Assembly (NCBI GenBank): GCA_043809585.1
Contig: JBDROZ010000111.1
Location: forward strand, 50,320-114,319
Length of the DNA stretch: 64,000 nt
Source of the DNA: Candidatus Eiseniibacteriota bacterium
GTDB lineage: Bacteria; Orphanbacterota; Orphanbacteria; Orphanbacterales; Orphanbacteraceae
Reading direction: 5' to 3'
A program made the translations under genes and the position numbers. This document shows, piece after piece, positions 44,467 through 54,567 of the stretch (the stretch's first letter is position 1; the number at the start of each line of letters is the position of its first letter). The notes beneath the pieces are model-generated. The model had not been told where the DNA came from, ran no database searches, and worked only from the letters and a program-made list of their open reading frames with translations.

Positions 44467-46197
44467 TCATGGATCGCTCGAGGGGGGAGCGGCCGCGGAT
44501 CCGTGGGGAACGCGGAACACCTCGTGGGTGGTGCCGCGGGCGATCGGAGTGACTCCACGGCCGCCCAGGAACCGGGACAGGACGTCGTTCGTCATTCGGG
44601 AGCCATGGGGTACGGCGATCCATCCGACGTTCCACTTCCCGAGCTCCTCGATCCGGTGCGACCCGAGCTCCGGCGGAACGGGATCGCGGAGAAGCATGCC
44701 CAGAACTCGGTCCTTGCCGAACCGCGGAAAACGATCGTAATCGACTCGGGTCACCGTGGAAATCGGAATGGGGCGGTCCATGACGACTTGCCCCAACCTC
44801 TGCGGGACGATGTCCGAATATTGGACCGCCGGCAGAATGAGAACACTCCCGACCTGTTCTCCATCCCGCCGAATCCGCTCGAACATCGGATCGACACCCA
44901 CGGATTTCATGCGAATCGTCCCTTGGTAGAAATCGGGAAGGACGGCGATGCCGGCGAGCAGGATCAGCGCCCTTCCACACGATCTCGAAGCGCCGGACAT
45001 CGATCGAACCCGGTCGGCGGCGTACCGGATGCCCAGCGCGGAGAGAACCGAGATCGCCAGGTAAGCCATGTGCATGAACCGGTAGGGTGTTCGAAAGAGA
45101 CTGAGCGGCGGTCCGAGATCTCGGAAGTAGGCGTACGGCAGCTTCACCGCCCGTTCCGCTCCGCCGAACCGAATCGACCATTCCGGGCCGAGGGCGAGAA
45201 CCAAGCTGATCAGCAGCAGGAGGAAGAACCCCCCGTGCAGGCGCGAGGATGCTCGTGGCGCGGCCAGCAAACACAGGGCGAGGCAGGACCAGCCGACGTA
45301 GAAGGGATTGAGTGGGTGATCCCTTCTGTCTCCCGAGTACCGTTGAATCTGCCCTCGGTCGCTCCTCTGGAAGAACTCCGCCGGGGAAGCGGAGAGCTTC
45401 TGGGAAACTCGGGCTTCCGGCGCTCGGAACGGCTGCTGTGTGAACGTGCTGCGGGGGGCGCTCGCGAGCATGATGAGGGCGAGGCAGAGAACGGGAACGG
45501 CCGCCCAGAGCCAGAACCTGACTTCTCGTCCGACGGGCCTCACCGCGGCGGGCCGAGCCCACCGGAAGGCGATCGAGAACGGGACGAGGAGGACGAGGAA
45601 GAAGAGAGCGGTGAGGGAAGTCAAGAACGCTCCCACGAGGCAAAGACCCGCGAGAAGGCCCCTTCGGGGAGCGGGCCCGTCTCGCTCCCCCCGTGCCGGC
45701 AGGCCCGCGAGGAGAAAGAGCGGGAGCCAGTAGGTGCTGGCGACGTTGATCGACGTGAGCACGGCCATTCGAAGGGGCATGAAGCCGAACAGGAACCCGC
45801 CCACCAAGGAGGCGGAGGCGCTCCCCGTGATTCGGCGGCAGAGCAAATAGCAGCACCACGCGGAGAGCGGAAACGTGAGGAAAAGCCAAGAATTCGCCAG
45901 AGCGATGAGAACGGGGAGAGAGGGCGGTCGCCAGAGGACCGGGGCGCTCACGATGCCGTACAGGGGAATGGGGTTGGAGAAGAGGAGAGATATTCCCTCC
46001 GGATGGAGTTGATAGTCGCACCAGTAGGGGGTTTGGTGGAGCTGGAAGACACTCTTGGAAAGCCACCAGAATTTCCAGACGTTTTCGGTGGAATCCTGGC
46101 CGACGGGGAGTGAGTCGCTCATACGCCCGGAAAGGGGCCATGTCCAGACAATGGAAATCGCGAAATAGAGCAACAACGGCAGGACGACTCTTCTCAT
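44467..46197 (-). CDS. Polytopic integral membrane protein, function unknown (possible GT-C-like glycosyltransferase)
   Basis: 576 aa with at least 10 predicted TM helices. Its start abuts the stop of the upstream sulfatase gene. Confidence 0.4.
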   Translation of the reverse strand: MRRVVLPLLLYFAISIVWTWPLSGRMSDSLPVGQDSTENVWKFWWLSKSVFQLHQTPYWCDYQLHPEGISLLFSNPIPLYGIVSAPVLWRPPSLPVLIALANSWLFLTFPLSAWCCYLLCRRITGSASASLVGGFLFGFMPLRMAVLTSINVASTYWLPLFLLAGLPARGERDGPAPRRGLLAGLCLVGAFLTSLTALFFLVLLVPFSIAFRWARPAAVRPVGREVRFWLWAAVPVLCLALIMLASAPRSTFTQQPFRAPEARVSQKLSASPAEFFQRSDRGQIQRYSGDRRDHPLNPFYVGWSCLALCLLAAPRASSRLHGGFFLLLLISLVLALGPEWSIRFGGAERAVKLPYAYFRDLGPPLSLFRTPYRFMHMAYLAISVLSALGIRYAADRVRSMSGASRSCGRALILLAGIAVLPDFYQGTIRMKSVGVDPMFERIRRDGEQVGSVLILPAVQYSDIVPQRLGQVVMDRPIPISTVTRVDYDRFPRFGKDRVLGMLLRDPVPPELGSHRIEELGKWNVGWIAVPHGSRMTNDVLSRFLGGRGVTPIARGTTHEVFRVPHGSAAAPPSSDP

Positions 46198-47625
46198 CTA
46201 CTCGTCCACGTAACCGAGTGATCGAAGCTTGTCGATGATCTCCTGGTCGGCCGCCGAGCCGAAGGATTCGGCCACCCACCCGCCGAACTCGTCGAGGATT
46301 CCGAGGAGGCTGTCGGCGATCGCCGGTTCTTCCGCGTATCGATTGATCAACTCGTCCGGATCCTCGGCGAGGTTGTACAGCTCGCTCTCTCCGGGGCTGT
46401 TGGGGCGATGGATGAGTTTCCAATCACCCAGGATCGTCGAGTAGAGCAGGCCGAATTCCGGGCGATTGATGCGCACGGCGGCGTTCAGGTCAAACTGATT
46501 CAGGGCCTCCGCATATGCCGTGCGAGGCGGATCCGACCGTCCACGAAGAATGGGCAGCAGACTTCGGCCGTCCACCGCCTCGGGGGGATCCACTCCCAGC
46601 ATCTCCAGAAGAGTCGGGTAGAGGTCGATGGTCCTGACGAGATTGTCGATGGTCTTCCCGCCGTCAATCCCGGGTCCCTTCAGAAGGAGGGGCACCCGGA
46701 TCTGCTCCTGGTAGAGAATCCGATGTCCCCACCAACCGTGGTCCCCCAGGCCCTGGCCGTGGTCCGCGACAATCACGACGATCGTGCGGTCGAGGTCCCC
46801 CTTCTCTTCGAGGGTCTCGAAGATCCGGCGGATCGATCGGTCCACCCAGAAGATCTCCGCCTCGTAGACCTCTCTCATCCAATCTTCCGTTTCCTCCTCA
46901 GAAGTGACGAACCGACCGAGAACGCTGTCGGGGGGAAGCAGTGCCAGGTCATGAGGATCCCAAAAATGCACCCAGGCGAGATAGGGACCCTCTTGCTCTT
47001 TCAGCCACCGGATCGCCTCTTCGGCGGTTTTGTCGGCCCTCCGCTGATTGGCGGGGACGGGCCAGCTCCAGATACCGTTGTCCTTAAGAACGAAGGACCG
47101 GTCCGCGGGCACGAGGAGGCCGCTGTCGTACACGTCGAATCCTCGATCAAAGCCGTAGAACTCCGACACCGTGAAGGAACTGAGAAACGCCCCCGTGCTC
47201 CAGCCCTCCGATTGCAATACGCCGGCCAAAGTCGGAATGGAATTGCTGAGGACACATCCCCTTTCCGCATAGATCACTCGAAGGCCGTGGTTGTAGGGGT
47301 ACAGGCCCGTGAGGATCGATGCATGAGAAGCGGGCGTCATCGCGGAAGGGGAGAGGGCATGAAGGAAGCGAACCGATGTGGCCGCGACGGAGTCCAAGAA
47401 CGGGCTCGTATCCTCCGCGAAGCCGTAGCATCCCAGGCGATCCGCGCGGACCGTGTCGAGCGTGATGAGCAGGATATTCCGGGGAGATTCACGTTCCGCG
47501 CAGCTCCCCGAGAGCGCCGCGGCCACCAAACCGACAGAGACACACGCGGCGCCCCATCGGGCGCGGACGGAAGGCGCCCGTCGTCCGGCCCGGACCCATC
47601 GATCGACGTACCTGCCGGTTCGCAT
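46198..47625 (-). CDS. Sulfatase-family (alkaline phosphatase superfamily) secreted enzyme, paralog of the 31603-33574 catalytic domain
   Basis: LITLDTVRADRLGCYG and VADHGQGLGDHG motifs. The C-terminus DKLRSLGYVDE parallels ERLRALGYLDE of the other paralog. GGAGGGAGG RBS. Confidence 0.75.
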   Translation of the reverse strand: MRTGRYVDRWVRAGRRAPSVRARWGAACVSVGLVAAALSGSCAERESPRNILLITLDTVRADRLGCYGFAEDTSPFLDSVAATSVRFLHALSPSAMTPASHASILTGLYPYNHGLRVIYAERGCVLSNSIPTLAGVLQSEGWSTGAFLSSFTVSEFYGFDRGFDVYDSGLLVPADRSFVLKDNGIWSWPVPANQRRADKTAEEAIRWLKEQEGPYLAWVHFWDPHDLALLPPDSVLGRFVTSEEETEDWMREVYEAEIFWVDRSIRRIFETLEEKGDLDRTIVVIVADHGQGLGDHGWWGHRILYQEQIRVPLLLKGPGIDGGKTIDNLVRTIDLYPTLLEMLGVDPPEAVDGRSLLPILRGRSDPPRTAYAEALNQFDLNAAVRINRPEFGLLYSTILGDWKLIHRPNSPGESELYNLAEDPDELINRYAEEPAIADSLLGILDEFGGWVAESFGSAADQEIIDKLRSLGYVDE

Positions 47626-47626
47626 T

Positions 47627-49255
47627 CTACCTCCCTCCGCCCGGGACGGGCGACGAATCGTCTTCCCGGGTCGCCGATGGATCTCTGAGGCTCACCCGGA
47701 GCATGGAGCCGACAGGCTCGACCAGGTACCGTCTCTGCATCTCCGAACTCGCCGATTCGACGAAGAGAGGTTCCTTGCCCGCCCAAAGATCCGCCGCGGC
47801 CAAGTACATGGCTCTCCCCAACGGGTGAACATGAACGTCCGGCCGGATCCCTTCGACCACTTGAAGATACCTCAGCACCGTCGCCCTGCCCCAGGGTACG
47901 CACACATGAGAACCGACCGGGAGTTCTTGGCCGAGCAGCGCCCGCTCGCGGGGGACGATCGGCGGGCCATGTCGATAGCCGACCACCCGCCGTGCCTCAT
48001 GAACGACCTGCGAGCCGCTCCATATGCCCAGGAGCAGCACGAGCGCCGAGGCGAGAATCCCGCCGAACCGGGAACGGTCGAATCGCCCCTGGAGATCGCC
48101 GAGGAACACGGCCGCCACCGTGGCGAGGAGTAGAATCACGGGCACGAGAAAGTCGTCCCAATCGTAGGACCGGAAGCAAGCGATCGCCAAGAGGTTCGCC
48201 AAGGCGCTCCCCGTGAGGAGGAGTATCGGGAGACGAGGCCCCGACAGAACGCCCCATACGATTCCCGCGGCCGTGACGATCAGCAGCGGGAACCCCATGG
48301 AGTTTCGGAGGTAGGCCCACGCGAGGCGCAGGTTGTCGGTGATCAGTTCGCGGTCCGCGGCGAATTTCCTCATCGGTCCGCCCCCGAGAAGTTTCCGCTT
48401 CAGGACTTCCGCGGTTCCGGAGCCGCCGCCGTGCTCCCGGACGATGCCGAGGACCTCATTGGTGCCTTCGTTTCCCATCGTCACCGGCTCGGAACCGAAG
48501 TGCGTCCGAATGGGCAGATACCCCTGAACGGACAGACCGACGAAGACGAGAAGAAGGAGAAGGAGTACATTCCGAACGCCAAACCCTGCACCTGCATGGA
48601 CCAGCACGAAGATCACGTAGATCGGCACCAGAAAGACCGTGGAACCATGGTGAGAGAGGTCCAAGGCCGCGAAGTACGCGGCAAGCGCCAAGAAACGGAA
48701 GTTCCCGCGCCGCCACCAAATGAACAAGAACAGGATCGTCAGGGCGACGAACAGGTGATGGAGGGCGTAGACCTCGGCGACCGTCGTGACAAACCAATGG
48801 GGCCGGGCGAGCGCGACGATCGCGAGGGGGATCGTGGCGGGGAACCGCCGGCCCGCCAGCTGTTCGGCGGCAAGTACCAGGGAGACCAGGGCGGCCCATC
48901 CGAAGAGGACCGAAAGTAGATTCATCGTTCTTGGAGGGGGCAGGGGGGAGATCGAAAGGGCGACATGCCCGATGCAGGTGTAAAGGGAGTAACCGGTGCC
49001 GTGGGCGATTCCGAGCGAGTAAGAGGTTGTGACCAACTCCGCGGAATCGCTCCCCTCGAGATCGGCCCTGCATGTGATGACGAGGAAGAAGAGCAAAACG
49101 AGAAGCACGGCCCACGCGCCCATTCGGAGGGGGAGGGGTTCTCTTTTCAGAGCGCCGATCTGCGCGTCAAGTCCAACCATGGCTTCCTGATCCCACGAGC
49201 CCCCGGAAGGAGAGACGAGGGCCGCCACCCGGATTCCTCGATAGGGCAACACCAT
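47627..49255 (-). CDS. Polytopic membrane protein, GT-C-like (ArnT/PMT/DUF2723-like) putative glycosyltransferase
   Basis: 542 aa with 11 or more TM helices. The stop overlaps the region of the downstream sulfatase start. Confidence 0.45.
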   Translation of the reverse strand: MVLPYRGIRVAALVSPSGGSWDQEAMVGLDAQIGALKREPLPLRMGAWAVLLVLLFFLVITCRADLEGSDSAELVTTSYSLGIAHGTGYSLYTCIGHVALSISPLPPPRTMNLLSVLFGWAALVSLVLAAEQLAGRRFPATIPLAIVALARPHWFVTTVAEVYALHHLFVALTILFLFIWWRRGNFRFLALAAYFAALDLSHHGSTVFLVPIYVIFVLVHAGAGFGVRNVLLLLLLVFVGLSVQGYLPIRTHFGSEPVTMGNEGTNEVLGIVREHGGGSGTAEVLKRKLLGGGPMRKFAADRELITDNLRLAWAYLRNSMGFPLLIVTAAGIVWGVLSGPRLPILLLTGSALANLLAIACFRSYDWDDFLVPVILLLATVAAVFLGDLQGRFDRSRFGGILASALVLLLGIWSGSQVVHEARRVVGYRHGPPIVPRERALLGQELPVGSHVCVPWGRATVLRYLQVVEGIRPDVHVHPLGRAMYLAAADLWAGKEPLFVESASSEMQRRYLVEPVGSMLRVSLRDPSATREDDSSPVPGGGR

Positions 49256-49416
49256 GCGATCTTACAACTTCTCGCCGTCGCGGGGAAGGAATGATGCTTG
49301 GCTCTGGGCGCATGGAGGCAAAACAGGCCTTCATATGGAGCGCGTTCTCGAATATACTGCGGAAAAACCCGGCGATTCCACACCCCTGTCTCCATTCCGT
49401 CCAGGGAGGACATAGA

Positions 49417-50550
49417 ATGATCGATCCGAGATACGTGAAGCTCGCGGACCTGCTCATCACCCACTCGACGAGCCTGAAGAAAGGGGAGGCGGTCCTGATC
49501 GAGGCGACCGACATCCCCCGGGAGATGGTCGGCGCCCTCATCCAACGGGCCGTGCGGGCGGGGGGGATCCCGCTCGTTCTTTGGAAAGACAATCAGGTGA
49601 TGCGTGAGATGTACCAGACCGGGGCCCTGGCGGACGTGACGGCCCGCATGGAGCTGATGGGCAAGGTCGAGCGCTTCCAGATGGAGCAGGTGCAGGCGTA
49701 CATCGGCCTCCGGGGGCAGCACAACTCTTCGGAGTACGCCTCCATCGCGCCGGACAAGATGAAGGCGTACCAGGCGAAACTCTTCCACCACGTCCACGGC
49801 ACCTACCGCGTCCAGAACACCAAGTGGGTCGTTCTCCGCTGGCCCCACCCCGGCATGGCCCAACTCGCCGGCAAGGGGACGGACGTCTTCGAGGACTACT
49901 ATTTCGACGTCTGCCTCGTCGACTATGGCCACATGGCGAAGGCGGTGAAGCCCCTCGAGAAACTGATGGCATCGACCGACAAGGTGCGCATCCTCGGGCC
50001 CGGCGAGACGGACCTCCGTTTCTCGATCAAGGACATCGGCGTCATCCCTTGCGTGGGGGAGCGGAACATCCCCGACGGCGAGTGCTACTCCTGCCCGGTG
50101 AAGGAGAGCGTGAGCGGCGTGATCCACTACAACGCCAAGACGATCTACCAGGGCGTTGTCTTCGAGAACATCCGCCTCGAGTTCAAGGAGGGCAAGATCG
50201 CCGACGCCACGGGCTCCGACACGGAAGCCCTCAATCATATCCTCGACACCGACGCCGGCTCGCGGTACCTCGGTGAGTTCGCCCTCGGCATCAACCCGAA
50301 GATCACGGACCCGATGTGCGACATCCTTTTCGACGAAAAGATCGGCGGGAGCATCCACCTCGCCGCAGGGAAATCGTACGAGGACGCCTCGAACGGGAAC
50401 GACTCGGCGGTCCACTGGGACATGGTGCTGATCCAGACCGAGAAGTATGGCGGCGGCGAAATCTACTTCGACGACAAGCTGATCCGGAAGAACGGCCTCT
50501 TCGTCATCGACGAGCTGAAGGGGCTGAATCCGGAGAACTTCGGGAAGTAA
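49417..50550 (+). CDS. M29-family aminopeptidase (AmpS / aminopeptidase T-like)
   Basis: Start MIDPRYVKLADLL after a GGAGGA RBS; 377 aa. Similar in pattern to thermophilic aminopeptidases. Confidence 0.75.
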   Translation: MIDPRYVKLADLLITHSTSLKKGEAVLIEATDIPREMVGALIQRAVRAGGIPLVLWKDNQVMREMYQTGALADVTARMELMGKVERFQMEQVQAYIGLRGQHNSSEYASIAPDKMKAYQAKLFHHVHGTYRVQNTKWVVLRWPHPGMAQLAGKGTDVFEDYYFDVCLVDYGHMAKAVKPLEKLMASTDKVRILGPGETDLRFSIKDIGVIPCVGERNIPDGECYSCPVKESVSGVIHYNAKTIYQGVVFENIRLEFKEGKIADATGSDTEALNHILDTDAGSRYLGEFALGINPKITDPMCDILFDEKIGGSIHLAAGKSYEDASNGNDSAVHWDMVLIQTEKYGGGEIYFDDKLIRKNGLFVIDELKGLNPENFGK

Positions 50551-50571
50551 CCCTTTCGGAGACGGTGGGAG

Positions 50572-51579
50572 ATGGCTTCTCAACCGGCGCGAAAAGTGAA
50601 GGAGCTTTGCGAGTTCCTCTCTCCGTCCGACCGGGTCCTGGTGCTCATGAAACCGGACCCGGACGCCCTTTCGTCGGCGTGGGCGCTGAAGCGGCTTCTC
50701 ACCGGCCGCGTGCAGACCTGCCAGGTGGCCCACGTCGGAGAGATCGTCCGGCTCGAGAACAAGGCGATGGTCCGGATCCTCCGGATTCGTTCGGAGCGTC
50801 TCGACAAGGTCGATCTCTCGACCTTCACTAAGTTCGCCCTCGTGGACGGCCAGCCGGACCAGTTCGGCGAGATGACGCTCCCCAGGTTCGACATCGTCAT
50901 CGACCACCACCCGGTGGTGACCGCTTTCGACGCCCCCTACCAGGACCTCCGGCCGGAGGAGGGGGCGACGGCGACGATTCTGACCGAGTATCTCCAGCGG
51001 GCGAAGGCGAGGATCCCGAAGGCCCTCGCCACGGCCCTCTGTTTCGGGATCAAGACGGACACGAACGGTCTCACCCGGGGGGCGAGCCCCCGGGATGTGA
51101 AGGCGTACGCATTCCTCCTCCCCAAGGCGCACCTGACCCATCTCCGGCAGATCGAGCAGGAGAGGGTCTCCCGGACCGATCTGGACCTGCTTGCCCGGGC
51201 GATCGGCAAGGTCGAAATGAGGCGGAAGTTCCTCTTCGTCTTTCTCGAGGGGCCGGTGCCGCCGGACAGTCTGGTGATCCTGGCGGACACGTTCGTCGGG
51301 GTCGCCGGTGCTTCGGTGGTCGCCGTGGCCGGCACGTACCGGAGCCGGGCCGTCGTGATCCTCAGGGGGAAGGGCCCGCGGGTCGACGTGGGGAGGATTG
51401 CCCGGAGCGCCTTCGGCGAGTTCGGGAACGCCGGCGGCCACCAGGTGGCGGCCCGGGCGGAGGTCCTTCTCTCCCGCCTCCCGGAGGGGGTGGCGGGGGA
51501 CGACCCGGAGGGGATCGGCGCCTGGGCGAAGAAGCAGATCCAGGGGAACCTCTCGTCCCGGAAGAAGAAGACCCCGTGA
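50572..51579 (+). CDS. DHH-family phosphoesterase (NrnA-like nanoRNase / pAp phosphatase)
   Basis: DHH motif IVIDHHP, a C-terminal DHHA1-like segment and a GNAGGH region. Confidence 0.8.
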   Translation: MASQPARKVKELCEFLSPSDRVLVLMKPDPDALSSAWALKRLLTGRVQTCQVAHVGEIVRLENKAMVRILRIRSERLDKVDLSTFTKFALVDGQPDQFGEMTLPRFDIVIDHHPVVTAFDAPYQDLRPEEGATATILTEYLQRAKARIPKALATALCFGIKTDTNGLTRGASPRDVKAYAFLLPKAHLTHLRQIEQERVSRTDLDLLARAIGKVEMRRKFLFVFLEGPVPPDSLVILADTFVGVAGASVVAVAGTYRSRAVVILRGKGPRVDVGRIARSAFGEFGNAGGHQVAARAEVLLSRLPEGVAGDDPEGIGAWAKKQIQGNLSSRKKKTP

Positions 51580-51586
51580 GCCGGCC

Positions 51587-52168
51587 GTGAGAAAGATCGT
51601 CCTCGCATCCACCTCCCGTTATCGGCGCATGCTGATGGACCGTCTCGGTCTCCCATACGAAGCGATGGCCCCCGCCTCGGACGAGGAGGGAGTCGATCAC
51701 CTGCCGGCGGAGGAGCGGGCCCTCGCCCTCGCCGAGCGAAAAGCCCGGTCCGTCGCGGCCTTTCGCCCCGATGCCGTCATCATCGGCTCGGACCAGATCG
51801 CCGAGCTGGAGGGTTTCACGCTCAGGAAGCCGGGGGGCTTCGAGATGGCCGGGGAGTCGCTCCGGCGGCTGCGGGGGCGGGAGCACCGGCTCGTCACGGG
51901 CGTGGCGGTCGTCGACGCCCGGGACGGTCGGATGGAGACCGCCCTCGACGTCGCGGTCCTCCGCATGCGGGACCTCGGCGACGATGAGATCGAGAACTAC
52001 CTCCGCCGGGAGGAGCCGTATGACTGCGCCGGCGCCTATCGGATCGAGGGGCTCGGCGCGGCCCTCTTCGAGTCGATGGAGACCGGGGACCCGACGGGCA
52101 TCATCGGTCTTCCGCTCACCCGGGTGACCGCCCTTCTCTCGCGCTTCGGCGTCGAGGTGCTCCGGTGA
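51587..52168 (+). CDS. maf: Maf-like nucleoside triphosphate pyrophosphatase
   Basis: GTG start. N-terminal IVLASTSRYRR and the Maf fold motifs SDQI...LVTGV. Confidence 0.85.
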   Translation: MRKIVLASTSRYRRMLMDRLGLPYEAMAPASDEEGVDHLPAEERALALAERKARSVAAFRPDAVIIGSDQIAELEGFTLRKPGGFEMAGESLRRLRGREHRLVTGVAVVDARDGRMETALDVAVLRMRDLGDDEIENYLRREEPYDCAGAYRIEGLGAALFESMETGDPTGIIGLPLTRVTALLSRFGVEVLR

Positions 52169-54159
52169 GGGGGGGGGCGAAGCCCGTCACGGTCGCGGTT
52201 CTTCTCCTTCTCTCCCTCCTCGTCTTCCTCTCCGCCTTCTTCCGGATCAACGCCCCCGACTTCGGCTGGCACCTCATGAACGGGAAATGGATGGCGGAAC
52301 ACCGGATGATCCGCTTCGCCGATCCGTTCTCCTACACGAGCGAGGGGCGGTCGTACCCGCCGACCCAGTGGGCTTTCGAGATCGTGTCGTGGATGATCTA
52401 CCGCAAAGCGGGCGTGGCGGGGATCATCGCCGCGAAGGCGCTGCTCCTCTCCCTGCTCTTCTTCGTCCTCGGCCGGCTCCTGATTCGCGAGGGGGCGGGG
52501 CTGCCTTCGGTGGCCCTCCTCCTTCTCGCCGGGCTCCATCTCATCCGGTTCCGGTTCATCGTGCGCCCCGATCTCGTGACCTTTCTCGGGATCGCGCTCA
52601 CGCTGTCGATCCTGTACGACTACCGGCGGGGGAGGAGGGACCGCCTTCGCCGGCTCCCGCCGCTTTTCCTGCTCTGGGTTCAGTTCCACTCGGGGGCGCT
52701 CTTCGGTCTTCTCCTGCTCGGATCGACCTGGCTCACCGAGGAGATCCTCGACCGGGCGTGGCCGGCGGGATCGAGGCTCGATCGGAAGGCGCGAAACCGG
52801 CTTCTTCTGTGGACCGTGATCGCCGGGCTCGCCACGCTCGTCAACCCGAACCACGTCCGGTATGCGACGTTCGCCCTCGGCCACGTGGAGGACTACGCCA
52901 AGTACGCGATCCGGGAGCTCCGGCCTCTCTCGTGGGAGCTCGACCGGAGCCTGGTGCTCTATCTCGGGGCGGCCGCGGCGATCGGTCTCGCCCGGATCCG
53001 CCGGGACGCTGCCGCGCTCCCCGCGCTCTTCGCGGTCGGGCTCATGGCGGCGAGGTCGGTCCGTCTCTTCCCTCTCTATCTGATTCTCTCGCTCCCGATC
53101 CTCGCCGGGGCGCTCCGCTTCGACAGGGGATTCGTGCGGACTTTCTGGACGGGCGCGGCGACGGCGGCGGCCCTCTTGCTCGCGGTTTTCGCGGCTCGGG
53201 AGACGGGGGTGTTCGGGACGCGGGACGATCTCTACCGGTTCGGCATCGGCGTGAACGACAGGCTCCTTCCGGCGGCCGGGGCGGACGCGCTGGAGCGCCT
53301 GAATCCCGAGGGCAACCTCTTCAACTCGAACCTGTACGGCGGGTATCTGATCTGGCGCTTTGAAGGGCGGCGGAAGGTCTTCACCGACGGCCGGAGCCAG
53401 CTCCACGAGCGGACTCTCGAGTTCGTGCGGGATCACGACTGGGAGGAGATCTTGGGCCGGTACGGGATCGGGCACGCGCTGATCGATCACCGATGGGGGA
53501 AGCCGCGGCTGCCGTCGAACGATCGGATGCGGCTCGTCTGGTGGGACGATCTCTCGATGCTCTTCGTGAGCCGGGAGGAGGCGGAGCGGCGGGGACTCCC
53601 GGGCTACGAGTACCGCTACCCGGTGGAGGAGTGGCCGGACATGTTCCGCCTCGATCCGGCCCGGGTGGAGAGGGAGCTGACGCGGGCGGTGGAGGAGGCA
53701 CCGGGGGCGGTGCTCCCCCGGTTCCTGCTGGCGTTTCTCTACAGCGCGGCGGGGGACTGGGCGAGGGCGGAGCCGCTCCTGGCGGGGGCGCTCGAGATCG
53801 CGCCGTGGCGGAAGGATCTCCGGATCGACCACGGAATCGCCCTCGCCCGGACGGGACGGGAGAAGGAAGCGATCGTGCAGCTCCGGCGGGGACTGAAGGG
53901 GGACGACAGGAACGCGCACGGGTACGGCTGGCTCGGGAATCTGCTCCAGCGGGCGGGGGATGGCAAAGGTGCGGAGAGGGCGTTCCGCCGGGCGATCGAC
54001 ATCGAGCCGGAGAACCCGTCGTACCCGCTCGCCCTCGGGCGGTTCTACGAACGGGAAGGGGAGAGGGAGAAGGCGCTCGCGACCTACCGTGATTTAGGGA
54101 GGCGCTTTCCGGACAGTCCGGAGGTGCAGAAGAGGCTGGAGGAGTCGGGAGTACGATAG
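52165..54159 (+). CDS. Polytopic membrane protein with C-terminal TPR repeats (second GT-C/TPR-like protein)
   Basis: GTG start in a GTGA overlap. About 10 N-terminal TM helices (GWHLMNGKWMAEH loop); the C-terminal 200 or so aa are TPR-like. Confidence 0.5.
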   Translation: MRGGAKPVTVAVLLLLSLLVFLSAFFRINAPDFGWHLMNGKWMAEHRMIRFADPFSYTSEGRSYPPTQWAFEIVSWMIYRKAGVAGIIAAKALLLSLLFFVLGRLLIREGAGLPSVALLLLAGLHLIRFRFIVRPDLVTFLGIALTLSILYDYRRGRRDRLRRLPPLFLLWVQFHSGALFGLLLLGSTWLTEEILDRAWPAGSRLDRKARNRLLLWTVIAGLATLVNPNHVRYATFALGHVEDYAKYAIRELRPLSWELDRSLVLYLGAAAAIGLARIRRDAAALPALFAVGLMAARSVRLFPLYLILSLPILAGALRFDRGFVRTFWTGAATAAALLLAVFAARETGVFGTRDDLYRFGIGVNDRLLPAAGADALERLNPEGNLFNSNLYGGYLIWRFEGRRKVFTDGRSQLHERTLEFVRDHDWEEILGRYGIGHALIDHRWGKPRLPSNDRMRLVWWDDLSMLFVSREEAERRGLPGYEYRYPVEEWPDMFRLDPARVERELTRAVEEAPGAVLPRFLLAFLYSAAGDWARAEPLLAGALEIAPWRKDLRIDHGIALARTGREKEAIVQLRRGLKGDDRNAHGYGWLGNLLQRAGDGKGAERAFRRAIDIEPENPSYPLALGRFYEREGEREKALATYRDLGRRFPDSPEVQKRLEESGVR

Positions 54160-54180
54160 GCTAATAGTCGTACGGGCGGG

Positions 54181-54245
54181 TCCTTCGATACACGGCTCCC
54201 GGAGCCTGTCTTGAGTAGGACCGAAGGTCCGTATCGAAGGGGCCA
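54181..54245. repeat. Repeat family A copy (about 65-nt hairpin element closed by ccttcgatac / gtatcgaagg)
   Basis: Nested stems ggctcc/ggagcc and ggacc/ggtcc sit inside a 10-bp terminal inverted repeat, immediately 3' of the gene ending at 54159. Confidence 0.6.
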
Positions 54246-54567
54246 CGGCACTCAGGACGAACGGGGAGAATGTCGCGCGGCACGAACGGAGCATACGACC
54301 AAAGACCCGGGAAGGCGAACGCCATTCCCTCCCCTCCGAGCGGCAGTCCTTGTTGATCATTCACCACAACGGGCGGGTGGCCGGGGCAGGGGTCCGGGAG
54401 AAGCGCAGCCACCAGCGCATGAGGAATCCGAATAGGATAGACCAGAAACAGCAGTACGGACGGACCGGCTCGGCATTCACGCAGAGCCATGACGATGGTG
54501 GCGAGCATTGCACCGGACAGCCCCGGACAGGACCCGCCCGTACTACCACCCGGCAGAGGATGCCGTG

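Noticed and set aside
31603-47625. Calling the two PF00884-type proteins arylsulfatases
   Set aside because: Neither carries the C/S-x-P-x-R formylglycine-generating motif at the expected N-terminal position (LDNLRADGLGCYG / LDTVRADRLGCYG instead). They are more likely phospho-substituent transferases or hydrolases of the alkaline phosphatase superfamily.
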